DNA of 64,000 nucleotides from an uncultured Ruminococcus sp. GTDB taxonomy: Bacteria > Bacillota > Clostridia > Oscillospirales > CAG-272. Below are positions 55,703 through 64,000 of this stretch, piece after piece. Positions within the stretch are counted from its first letter, which is position 1. The number at the start of each line of letters is the position of its first letter. The stretch spans positions 9,384-73,383 of the forward strand of contig CAYWPS010000001.1 in assembly GCA_964460165.1 (NCBI GenBank), read 5' to 3'. The position numbers were made by a program, and so were the translations under genes. The notes under the pieces were generated by a model that did not search any database, was not told where the DNA came from, and saw nothing but the letters and a program-made list of their open reading frames with translations.

Positions 55703-56979
55703 TTCTTTACATCCTCCAGCGAAAAGGTTATCTCAGCATCAGCGGCGCAAGCCGAAAGCATATCCGCGGTAAGAAGGACCGTCTCCATCTCACCCGGCGC
55801 TACCTTCTGCTTTCTTTTCTCAAGTATCACGCGCTCCCCCTCCTTCACGACGATCTTCACGTCGCGGTAAACGTTGGCAACTCTGAAGTAGACCTTCGTC
55901 CTCTGCGCCGAGGTGATCCTCTGGGGTACGGTGTATCTGATTCTTCCGTCGGTAACGAGACTAAGGTCGATACCGTGTGATTTTTCGCCATTTATATATC
56001 TTACTGCCGCTTCGCCCGCAATGACCGCTTCCTCGGAAACGTAATCAACGAGGTCGTGAACGTGAAGAACGTTACCGCAGGCAAATATGCCGGGGATCTC
56101 AGTCTCTCTGTCACCGTCAACGACGGCTCCGCCCGTAACTCTGTCAAGCTGAATACCCGATGCCTTGGTAAGCTCATTCTCCGGAATAAGTCCGCAGGAG
56201 AGGAGGAGCGTGTCGCAGGGGATATACTCTGCCGTCTCGGGTATAGGTCTTCTGTTCTCGTCGACCTTGGCGATCGTCACGCCCGTGAGCCGGTCCTTGC
56301 CGTGTATCTCCACGACCGTGTGACTTAAATAAAGCGGAATACCGAAGTCGTTAAGGCACTGCTCTATATTTCTTGCAAGACCGCCCGAGTAAGGCATAAG
56401 CTCGCATACCGCCTTCACCTCAGCGCCCTCAAGCGTCATTCTCCTTGCCATGATAAGTCCGATATCTCCCGAGCCGAGAATAAGAACCTCGCGTCCGGGC
56501 ATAAGACCCTTCATGTTGACAAACTTTTGCGCCGTACCGGCAGTATAAATACCCGCGGGACGTGTTCCCGCTATATTTAGCGCGCCCTTAGGTCTTTCGC
56601 GGCAGCCCATAGCGAGAACTATAGCTTTCGCCTCGATCTTGAAAATTCCGCGCTCACGGTTCATAGCGGTGACTACCTTGTCTTCATCCACGTCTATGAC
56701 CATGGTGTTGAGCATATAGGGGATCCCGTATTCCTCGACCTGCTTCTCGTATCTGTACGCGTACTCCGGACCGGTGAGCTCCTCGCCGAAGCGATGCAGA
56801 CCGAAGCCGTTGTGTATACACTGTCGGAGTATTCCGCCGAGAGCGTCGTCTCTTTCGAGTATAAGTATATCTCTGAGCCCATTTTCATACGCGCTGACCG
56901 CGGCAGCCATACCTGCGGGACCTCCGCCGATAACGACGAGATCTGCGCGTCTTACGTTAGTAATCTCTGCCATATCCAT
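55699..56979 (-). CDS. NAD(P)/FAD-dependent pyridine nucleotide-disulfide oxidoreductase family protein
   Basis: VVIGGGPAGMAAA and ILGSGDIGL dinucleotide-binding motifs. 426 aa. Confidence 0.8.
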   Translation of the reverse strand: MDMAEITNVRRADLVVIGGGPAGMAAAVSAYENGLRDILILERDDALGGILRQCIHNGFGLHRFGEELTGPEYAYRYEKQVEEYGIPYMLNTMVIDVDEDKVVTAMNRERGIFKIEAKAIVLAMGCRERPKGALNIAGTRPAGIYTAGTAQKFVNMKGLMPGREVLILGSGDIGLIMARRMTLEGAEVKAVCELMPYSGGLARNIEQCLNDFGIPLYLSHTVVEIHGKDRLTGVTIAKVDENRRPIPETAEYIPCDTLLLSCGLIPENELTKASGIQLDRVTGGAVVDGDRETEIPGIFACGNVLHVHDLVDYVSEEAVIAGEAAVRYINGEKSHGIDLSLVTDGRIRYTVPQRITSAQRTKVYFRVANVYRDVKIVVKEGERVILEKRKQKVAPGEMETVLLTADMLSACAADAEITFSLEDVKK

Positions 56980-56991
56980 CCTTTCCGCCGA

Positions 56992-58428
56992 TCATTCAGC
57001 GCCCTTTTCCGTCTTACCGACGTTAATATAGGATGCTCCGCCCGACTTGGTCACCTCTGTTACGTCGATCCCCATCTCTCGAGCGAGAAGCTCCACCATA
57101 TAAGGCGTGCAGAAGCCGCCCTGACATCTGCCCATAGAAGCCCTCGTTCTCCTTTTTATGCCGTCTATGCTCGTGGGGCGCGGATTAGTCCTTATTGCCT
57201 CGATTATCTCGCCTGCCGTAACCGTCTCGCAACGGCATACCACGTGTGCGTAATCGGGATTACCCCTTATTATCTCGTTCTTCTCGTCAATGCCGAGCTC
57301 ACGGAAATAGTGCGCGGGACGGCGAGTACCGTTGAAGCTCTCGTTTTTCTCAAGCCTTACGCCCTCGCTCCCGAGCATATCGACCACGTACGTCGCGATA
57401 GCGGGCGCGGACGTGAGTCCGGGGCTCTCTATGCCCGCACAGTTGACAAAATTCTTCTTGGGAGTATTAATTATAAAGTCACCCGTCGAGCCCGTTGATC
57501 GAAGACCCGTGAAGGAGGTTATCACCTTTCCCAGCTGAATACCCTTCACCTGCTCGGCAGCGAGAGCCGAAAGATGCGAAAGTCCCGCAGCGGTCGTAGA
57601 CGTATCGTCCTTATCGTCGATATCCTCCGCGGTGGGTCCGAGAAGCAGATTACCGTCAACCGTGGGAGTGACCAGCACGCCCTTGCCCATCTTCGAGGGA
57701 CAGCGGAACACGGTATGTCCGACGAGAGCGCCGCACTCCTTATCAAGAAGCATATACTCTCCTCTCCTCGGGCGTACCGAGAAGCTACCGTCACCAACCA
57801 TCCTTGCTATCTCATCCGAGAACACGCCCGCGCAGTTAACAACGGCTTTAGCCTCGACGCACTCGTTTTTTGAATATATTTTATACACGCCGTTGGCGTA
57901 TTCTATTTTTTCCACCTTAAATCCAAGCTTCAGCTCCGCACCGTTATCCATGGCGTTGCCGACCGCAGCCATACAAAGCTCATAGGGACAAACGATAGCA
58001 CCGGTCTCGGCTCTGAGGGCACATGTCACACCGTCACCAATGTTCGGCTCGAGCTTAACCAGCTCATCTCTCTCCATAAAGGAAAGACCCTTTACCCCGT
58101 TCTTGAGTCCTCGCTCAATAAGGGAATTGAGAGTGCTTGCATCCTCGTCGTTAAAGCCGACGACCAACGAACCGTTCCTCTTATATTTGACACCGAGCTC
58201 GCGGCATACGTCCTGCATCATCTCGGAGCCCTGAACGTTGAGCTTCGCCTTAAGCGTGCCCTCCTTGGCGTCGAATCCCGCGTGAACTATCGCGCTGTTC
58301 GCTCTGGTAGCCCCCATCGCGACGTCGGACTCTTTTTCTAAAATACACACCGAGAGCTTATATTTCGTGAGCTCGCGGCTGACAAGACCGCCGACTACTC
58401 CGGCGCCTATCACTACGCAATCAAACAT
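56992..58428 (-). CDS. FAD-dependent oxidoreductase (GlpA-like glycerol-3-phosphate dehydrogenase with a BFD-like 2Fe-2S domain)
   Basis: CVVIGAGVVGG FAD motif. C-terminal CRCE...CQGGFC Cys pattern. The ATG at 58428 is preceded by GGAGGAAAA. Confidence 0.8.
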   Translation of the reverse strand: MFDCVVIGAGVVGGLVSRELTKYKLSVCILEKESDVAMGATRANSAIVHAGFDAKEGTLKAKLNVQGSEMMQDVCRELGVKYKRNGSLVVGFNDEDASTLNSLIERGLKNGVKGLSFMERDELVKLEPNIGDGVTCALRAETGAIVCPYELCMAAVGNAMDNGAELKLGFKVEKIEYANGVYKIYSKNECVEAKAVVNCAGVFSDEIARMVGDGSFSVRPRRGEYMLLDKECGALVGHTVFRCPSKMGKGVLVTPTVDGNLLLGPTAEDIDDKDDTSTTAAGLSHLSALAAEQVKGIQLGKVITSFTGLRSTGSTGDFIINTPKKNFVNCAGIESPGLTSAPAIATYVVDMLGSEGVRLEKNESFNGTRRPAHYFRELGIDEKNEIIRGNPDYAHVVCRCETVTAGEIIEAIRTNPRPTSIDGIKRRTRASMGRCQGGFCTPYMVELLAREMGIDVTEVTKSGGASYINVGKTEKGAE

Positions 58429-58456
58429 TAGTTTTCCTCCGCTTATTTTACACGTA

Positions 58457-59695
58457 TCAGGGCTTAACGGGCATTTTCTCGCTCGCCGCGACATCGCCCG
58501 CTATCCTGACCAGCAGATCCGTAATCTTATCCATCGCCTCGACGGACACGTACTCGAACCTTGAGTGGAAGTTCGCGCCGCCGGTGCAGAGATTGGGACA
58601 AGGCAATCCCATAAACGAGAGTCTCGAGCCGTCCGTGCCGCCTCTGATGGGCATAACGATGGGCTCTATGCCAAGCGAGCGCATGGCAGTCTTGGCTCGT
58701 TCTACCACGAAGATATTATCCTCTATCCTCTCTCGCATGTTGTAGTAGGAATCCTTTATATTGACCGTCACGGTGCCATCGCCGTACTCGGCGTTCATTT
58801 CCCTCTCAAGCTCGAGAAAAACGGACTTCTTTTTTTCAAATTCAGCTCTGTCGTGGTCACGGATAATGTAGACCAGCTTTGCCTCCTCGGTAGCGCCCGT
58901 GACAGATAAAAGATGGTGGAAGCCCTCGTAACCCTCGGTCCTCTCGGGGATCTCATCCTTCGGAAGTCTTGAGTCAAACTCCGCGGCTATTCTCGCCGCG
59001 TTCTTCATTCTGCCCTTTGCGGAGCCGGGATGGATCGACACGCCCCTGACCTCAACTCTGCAGGACGCGGCGTTGAAGTTCTCGTACTCGAGCTCTCCGA
59101 GTCCGCCTCCGTCAACCGTATAAGCGTATTCCGCGCCGAATCTGTCCACTCTGAAATTATCCGCGCCCTCGCCTATCTCCTCGTCGGGAGTGAAGGCGAC
59201 GGATATTTTTCCGTGGGGTATATTCTTTTCCGAAAGCACCTCAAGAGCCGTCATTATCTCCGCGATGCCCGCCTTATCATCCGCGCCTATAAGCGTCGTG
59301 CCGTCGGAAACGATAAGAGTCTCACCCTTATGCTCCTCGACGTAAGGATAATCCGAGACCTTAAGCCAGATGCCCTTCTCCTCGTTGAGAAGTATGTCTC
59401 CGCCCTCGTAGCTGACAAGCTTCGTTTTTATATTCTCATCCGACGCCTCGCTCGAGGTGTCCATATGCGCTATAAAGCCTATATCATTGCACACGGCATC
59501 GGTGTTAGCGGGCAGAGTGGCATAAACGTACCCCCACTCGTCAACCTCTACCTCAGACATTCCCATATCGGCAAGCTCGCGCGCAAGCTCCTTTGCCAGC
59601 GCAAGCTGCTTTGCGGTAGAGGGATGCGTGCCCGTCTCCTCGCTCGACATGGTGGGATACGCCGCGTACCTCAGGAATCTTTCGTATGCTCTCAT
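58457..59695 (-). CDS. pepT: peptidase T (M20B tripeptidase)
   Basis: MRAYERFLRYAAYPTMS start and M20 metal-binding motifs (HMDT, GADDKAG). The ATG at 59695 is preceded by GGAGG. Confidence 0.9.
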   Translation of the reverse strand: MRAYERFLRYAAYPTMSSEETGTHPSTAKQLALAKELARELADMGMSEVEVDEWGYVYATLPANTDAVCNDIGFIAHMDTSSEASDENIKTKLVSYEGGDILLNEEKGIWLKVSDYPYVEEHKGETLIVSDGTTLIGADDKAGIAEIMTALEVLSEKNIPHGKISVAFTPDEEIGEGADNFRVDRFGAEYAYTVDGGGLGELEYENFNAASCRVEVRGVSIHPGSAKGRMKNAARIAAEFDSRLPKDEIPERTEGYEGFHHLLSVTGATEEAKLVYIIRDHDRAEFEKKKSVFLELEREMNAEYGDGTVTVNIKDSYYNMRERIEDNIFVVERAKTAMRSLGIEPIVMPIRGGTDGSRLSFMGLPCPNLCTGGANFHSRFEYVSVEAMDKITDLLVRIAGDVAASEKMPVKP

Positions 59696-59942
59696 AAATA
59701 CCTCCGATCTGCCGGGCAAGTCCGCCTTTTGCTTGTATAGCACGGCATTATACTGATATTGTAGCATATTATCCGAAAAAAATCAACTGCGGGAGGGGTG
59801 TATTTTATTCCAGCTCTTCCAAGTAAGATCCGGCCGATCGCCGAAAAAATGACAAATACGGGCTTGCGCGGCGTTAATGCGGCACGTTTTTCCGAAAAAA
59901 CGATGTTTTTTACATTTTTTCCACAATATTTTAATATATTTA

Positions 59943-59971
59943 TTGACAAGCGTGCGTGTGTGTGCTAAAAT
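59943..59971 (+). promoter_or_regulatory. sigma-A promoter for the PC4-like gene
   Basis: TTGACA (59943-59948), 17 nt, TGCTAAAAT (hexamer at 59966-59971). Confidence 0.6.
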
Positions 59972-60031
59972 AAATAAAAATAGACAATTTAAAATTAAAT
60001 CATTAATATACTACATAAGGAGAACACCAAA

Positions 60032-60256
60032 ATGCCTGAAATCAAGTATGAAGTAGTTGACAAGATCGGCATCGTAAGCGAAGGCAACAACGGCTGGAAC
60101 AAGGAGCTCAATCTTATCAGCTGGAACGAGAGAGAGCCCGTTTATGACATCCGCACCTGGTCTCCCGATCACGAGAAGATGGGTAAGGGCGTTACCATTT
60201 CCGTTGAAGAGGCTAAGGCTCTTCGCGATATGCTCAACAAGCTCAACCTCGACTAA
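60032..60256 (+). CDS. YdbC/PC4-like small ssDNA-binding family protein
   Basis: 74 aa. The pattern WNKELNLISWNEREPVYDIRTWSPDHEKMGKGVTIS matches what I recall of bacterial PC4-like YdbC proteins. Confidence 0.65.
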   Translation: MPEIKYEVVDKIGIVSEGNNGWNKELNLISWNEREPVYDIRTWSPDHEKMGKGVTISVEEAKALRDMLNKLNLD

Positions 60257-60278
60257 TCAGAATTTTTCGCACATCTAT

Positions 60279-60318
60279 AAAAGAAAACGGACTCGCTGTC
60301 GGGTCCGTTTTCTTTTTT
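60279..60318. terminator. bidirectional intrinsic terminator
   Basis: GAAAACGGAC (60283-60292) pairs with GTCCGTTTTC (60303-60312), followed by T6. Confidence 0.75.
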
Positions 60319-62332
60319 ATTCGGCTTTATCGTCTCCGGTCGGCTGTAACCGGTCGGCCTTGCTTTTTTGCTTTTGCGGCATTTTTGACTTTATCCTATC
60401 CACTATCTCACCGAGAAATCCGCGCTGGTTTTCGTCGGGCTCCTCCTCGCGCAAGAGCTTATCTATGATAGTATCGATCACCTTGACAGTCTTCTCGCCC
60501 GCCTTCTTCTTCTCCCTCTCCTCGTCCATTATGCGCGTGTAGTTTTCAGAGCCTATACGCGCTCCTATAAGGCTTGGAGCGAAAGCATCGGTCACGCGCT
60601 TGTTCGCGGCGTTCTTTCCTATTTTCTTCTCTATGAGATCCATATAAGCGGACATCTTGGGATTCGTGCCGTTCATCTCCTTCATAAACACGCCCGCGAT
60701 ACTTTCGTTTGGCATCTCGGACATGCGCATGAGAAGCTGATCCTCATCCGTGAAGGAGAGCTTTATCATACGGGTGTTGGGAAGCTCGGGGAACAAAAGC
60801 TCAAGCTTGTAGAGCATATTTCTGTCCTCGTCCTCCATCGCCTCACCCATCACTCGGACGATATACCTCTCGCCGTGCAGATCTATAACGCTCTCTTTGA
60901 AGTCGGAGAAGCCTATCTCAAGCCGATAGGATACCCCGCCCTCAGCGTATACGAAGAACAGCGAGTCGCCCTCCCGCGCGATCTCCACGCCGTCAATCGA
61001 GCTGCGGAGATTATTCTGCATGGCTCTCGTGACGAGCGGCACCATTCCCGCGTTATTCTTAGGGAAGTGATACTTTCCTATAATATCCTTCCACTCCTCC
61101 GGATAATGAGAGTGCGAGCGCAATCCCAACCTGTGTCCAAAGCCGCGCTTGGGCTGATACGGTCTTATCCAATGTCTCGACTCAAGAAAATGCTTTTCGG
61201 CGTACCTTAGATCAAGAAGATCGCCGCTGAAGCAGGACTCGGAAAGATCGTTGCTCAGATCGATCGACAGATATTTTTCGATTATGGAGCGCGTAGGGCT
61301 GTTCTGGAAAAGCTCGTTGTTGCCCGAGAGGACGACCACGACCAAATCGTTATCGGGACAGATCCAGACGTTCTGACCGAGCATGCCGTTAAAGAGGTAA
61401 TCCTTACCCTCGCCGGAGGTCCAGAGCTGATATCCGTAATCAAATCTTCCGATGGTGTCGGGAGTCGCCGCGTGCTTCTCGTGAGACTCGCGCGCCCATT
61501 TTTCCGACAGTATTCTCTTGCCCTCGAAAACGCCGCCGGAAAGCATCATATATCCTATCTTTGCCCAGCTCTCGCAGGAGAGGTACAGACCCCATCCGCC
61601 CTTCTCGACGCCCTCGGCGCTGACCTCCCAGAACCTATTGGTTATATGCAGAGGACCGAAAAGACGCTCGTCAAGGAATTGCGTCAGGCTCTTGCCCGAC
61701 AGCTTAACGGCTATCCTTGCGAGTATATATGAGTTCATGCTGTTATAAGCGAAATCCGTACCCGGCTCAAACGAGCAGGATGAGGCAAAGAATGCTTCCG
61801 TCCATTTTGATTCCGTGACCGAGCCCGCCTCCGAGAACTTGATTCCGCTGGTCATGGTGAGCAGATGCTTTACCGTTATCTTATCGAAATTAGGGTCCTT
61901 GTACGCGCGCTCGGGGAAAATATCGCACAAGCGCGTATCAAGACCCAGCACACCGTCGTCAACGAGCATACCGATCGCTATGCCCGTAACCGTCTTCGAC
62001 ATGGAGTGCGACAGATGCCACATATTGACGTCGTATCCGGGATGCGAGCACTCGCAGATGACCTCGCCGTCCTTAAGACACATGAGAGAGTGTACGTTTG
62101 CGCGCTTATCCTTTTCAAGAGCCCTGAGCATAGCCAGTAGTCTGCCCGAGGAAACGCCCTTCTTTTCCGGGTACGTCCTATGGAAGTACTGCTCCTCCTC
62201 GCCCGATATCTCCGTCTTCTGAGGATAATAAGGAATGACCGAGGGATTGCTCTTGCCCGTGAATACGAGTCCCGCTCCGAGCTCAATAGTTCTTTTTATC
62301 CATCTTTCCATACCTTCCTCCCTTCGTGACAC
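60317..62332 (-). CDS. serine hydrolase (class C beta-lactamase/PBP-related) with a long C-terminal extension
   Basis: SxxK motif SMSKT in the N-terminal ~330 aa. About 300 further aa are of unknown function, ending in a charged tail. An alternative start is the ATG 21 nt downstream. Confidence 0.75.
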   Translation of the reverse strand: MSRREEGMERWIKRTIELGAGLVFTGKSNPSVIPYYPQKTEISGEEEQYFHRTYPEKKGVSSGRLLAMLRALEKDKRANVHSLMCLKDGEVICECSHPGYDVNMWHLSHSMSKTVTGIAIGMLVDDGVLGLDTRLCDIFPERAYKDPNFDKITVKHLLTMTSGIKFSEAGSVTESKWTEAFFASSCSFEPGTDFAYNSMNSYILARIAVKLSGKSLTQFLDERLFGPLHITNRFWEVSAEGVEKGGWGLYLSCESWAKIGYMMLSGGVFEGKRILSEKWARESHEKHAATPDTIGRFDYGYQLWTSGEGKDYLFNGMLGQNVWICPDNDLVVVVLSGNNELFQNSPTRSIIEKYLSIDLSNDLSESCFSGDLLDLRYAEKHFLESRHWIRPYQPKRGFGHRLGLRSHSHYPEEWKDIIGKYHFPKNNAGMVPLVTRAMQNNLRSSIDGVEIAREGDSLFFVYAEGGVSYRLEIGFSDFKESVIDLHGERYIVRVMGEAMEDEDRNMLYKLELLFPELPNTRMIKLSFTDEDQLLMRMSEMPNESIAGVFMKEMNGTNPKMSAYMDLIEKKIGKNAANKRVTDAFAPSLIGARIGSENYTRIMDEEREKKKAGEKTVKVIDTIIDKLLREEEPDENQRGFLGEIVDRIKSKMPQKQKSKADRLQPTGDDKAE

Positions 62333-62429
62333 GGCGGTTATACTAACATTTTAGCGTAAAAATATTAAAATTTATACCTATATTTATTATAAATGAGTGG
62401 CTTTCATATTGTTTCACATTTTCCGGCGA

Positions 62430-63389
62430 TTATATAAGCGAAATGCCGATAATATCGGCAAGGAGTCCGAAGACCGCGCCTGTCAGAAGAAGCACAGCTG
62501 CTATGACGGCGTTCTCCTTTACGCGCTTATTCATTTTAAAGAGCACGAGAAGACCGACACCCGCGCCCGCAAAGAGTCCCGACATCATAGCTCCCGTCGA
62601 TATAACTCCGGACATCGCCAGCTTCGTAAGCGCGACCGACGAGGCGCAGCTGGGAATAAGTCCCACGGCTGCCGCGAGCACGTGGCTTACGACGGGCAGA
62701 GTAAGGAGCGAGCCCGAGAGCTGCGCGTCACCGACAAAGAATAGCAGCGCGTTCACACATACCGTTACGGCAAGAATAAATAAGGATACGCTAACGGTGT
62801 GATGGAGTGCCGAGAGCGCTATCCCCCGCTCGCAATGACAGTCATCAACGTCGCATATCTCGTCAATGTTGATCTCGCCCTTCTCCATCTTCATAATTTT
62901 CATAACCGCGTCAATAGCAAAGCCCATCGCTATTCCTACCGCGCATTTGTAAACTACTATTGTCAAAATCTTGCCAATTTCCAGATTTCCTGCTATCATG
63001 ATCGGGAGCATCTCATCCGAGGTGGAGAGAAAGACCGCGACAAGCGTGCCGAGCGTTATGACCCGTCCGGTGTAGAGGTTGGCTGCCGCGGCAGAAAATC
63101 CGCACTGCGGAACGGCGCCGAATATACCGCCTACGGCAGGTCCGAAGCCGCCCGCGCGCGCCATGAAGCCCTTGACCTTATCCGACGCCTTATGCTCTAT
63201 GAACTCCATAAGAAGATAGGTCAGAAACAAAAGCAGCGTCAGCTTTAGGGTGTCGATAAAGGCGTGAAGAAGCACCTCGTCTATAAACTCACCGACCCTG
63301 CCGAGCTTTTCGGATAAAAATTCAGCAGTCCCGCCGTGCGAGGAGTGCTCGGAGTGCAGAGCGGCAACGGGAGAGATCAAGCGCGTCAT
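62430..63389 (-). CDS. polytopic permease (ArsP_2 / putative metal transporter-like)
   Basis: About 8 hydrophobic segments, the CGFSAAAANLY motif and a His-rich N-terminus (HSEHSSHGG). The ATG at 63389 forms an ATGA overlap with the Fur-family gene stop. Confidence 0.6.
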   Translation of the reverse strand: MTRLISPVAALHSEHSSHGGTAEFLSEKLGRVGEFIDEVLLHAFIDTLKLTLLLFLTYLLMEFIEHKASDKVKGFMARAGGFGPAVGGIFGAVPQCGFSAAAANLYTGRVITLGTLVAVFLSTSDEMLPIMIAGNLEIGKILTIVVYKCAVGIAMGFAIDAVMKIMKMEKGEINIDEICDVDDCHCERGIALSALHHTVSVSLFILAVTVCVNALLFFVGDAQLSGSLLTLPVVSHVLAAAVGLIPSCASSVALTKLAMSGVISTGAMMSGLFAGAGVGLLVLFKMNKRVKENAVIAAVLLLTGAVFGLLADIIGISLI

Positions 63390-63784
63390 ACCGTTACCCC
63401 CTCGGCGCACTCACGGCAGGTGCCGAACAGGAACGTCCCCTCCTCGATAGAAAAGCCGCCTATATCGAATATTTTTCTTTCAAGACTGTGCGAAACGTTC
63501 TCATCAAGATGTATCAGCTTACCGCAGCCGTTGCACTTCAGATGAAGATGCGCGTGACAGTGCTCACCGCCGACGTACTGATAGGTGCAATGCCTCGTCT
63601 TTCCGTCGGATATCCTCTTTACCGCGCCTTCGGCGACAAGCTCGGATACGAGTCTGTATACCGTGCTCCTGCCGCGTCCCCCATCGGTAACGGAGGCGCA
63701 TATTTCCTCAAGCGTGTAAGACGCGTCGGCGTTTGTGCGAAGCAACGCCGTTATCCTCTCTTTTTTTCCCGTCGTATATCTCAT
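63386..63784 (-). CDS. Fur family metalloregulator
   Basis: 132 aa. Winged HTH plus HCHAHLHLKCNGCG and CRECA metal-site motifs. The ATG at 63784 is preceded by GGGAGA. Confidence 0.8.
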   Translation of the reverse strand: MRYTTGKKERITALLRTNADASYTLEEICASVTDGGRGRSTVYRLVSELVAEGAVKRISDGKTRHCTYQYVGGEHCHAHLHLKCNGCGKLIHLDENVSHSLERKIFDIGGFSIEEGTFLFGTCRECAEGVTV

Positions 63785-63795
63785 AATATCTCCCA

Positions 63796-63816
63796 AAATG
63801 AGAATTACTCTCAATT
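63796..63816 (-). promoter_or_regulatory. 8-5-8 imperfect inverted repeat, candidate Fur-family operator
   Basis: AAATGAGA-ATTAC-TCTCAATT with 7 of 8 arm positions paired, between a candidate -10 and the Fur-gene start. Confidence 0.4.
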
Positions 63817-63884
63817 TTTCTTCTTTATACTACTACAAACGAGCGCGTTTGTCAATCCTTTTTTAATATTTTGCGTACGATTAA

Positions 63885-63913
63885 TTGACAGGTGGTCATT
63901 TTTATGTTAGAAT
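63885..63913 (+). promoter_or_regulatory. sigma-A promoter for the gene at the window end
   Basis: TTGACA (63885-63890), 17 nt, TGTTAGAAT (hexamer at 63908-63913). Confidence 0.55.
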
Positions 63914-63945
63914 ATCTGTTGAAAATACAATCTGACGGAGAAAAC

Positions 63946-64000
63946 ATGAATATTTCCGACTTAATTTTAAACGTAGCGATACTCTTTATAATGATGGTGC
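63946..64000 (+). CDS. start of a membrane protein (3' end outside window)
   Basis: The ATG at 63946 follows GACGGAGAAAAC. A hydrophobic N-terminus MNISDLILNVAILFIMMV runs into the window edge. Confidence 0.35.
   Translation, partial: MNISDLILNVAILFIMMV

Overview
The window looks like a chromosomal segment of a mid-GC Firmicutes/Clostridia-type anaerobe. That placement is an inference from sigma-A type TTGACA-17-TATAAT promoters, a T-box leader, perR-rubrerythrin and flavodiiron genes, nrdD with NrdR boxes and GGAGG-type RBSs; no search was run. Gene content is mostly housekeeping. In order: the 3' part of a pyrimidine operon (carB'-pyrK-pyrD-pyrF-pyrE-pyrB); a dus/SDR/flavin-reductase/HTH operon; PHP, MFS and pepF genes; a fused MacB-like ABC transporter; a two-component system; an amino-sugar locus (nagA-nagB plus a TIM-barrel isomerase, two Gfo/Idh/MocA oxidoreductases, AraC regulators and a GH20-like protein); nrdD; metA-metY behind a T-box; mgtC; a Na/Pi transporter; oxidative-stress genes (flavodiiron protein, rubrerythrin, PerR); lipid and glycosyl transferases; an M16C peptidase; a GlpA-like three-gene cluster; pepT; and a Fur-family regulator with a permease. 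I found no tRNA, rRNA, CRISPR array, transposase or integrase. Five items deserve a second look. (1) An 863-aa ORF fuses a TetM/EF-G-like translational GTPase to a YacP/Rae1-type NYN ribonuclease domain. (2) Directly in its 3' flank lies a ~190-bp foldback array of GTGATGTT/AACATCAC motifs separated by short hairpins of unrelated sequence. (3) A 108-bp tandem repeat (2 full copies plus 23 bp) sits between nrdD and a start-less XRE gene. (4) A ~90-nt C-rich element ending in a 17-bp terminator stem occurs twice, 5.8 kb apart, in the same orientation. (5) PyrB carries only the Zn domain of PyrI at its C-terminus. All functional calls come from reading the translations and motifs by eye. No database, HMM or folding computation was run.
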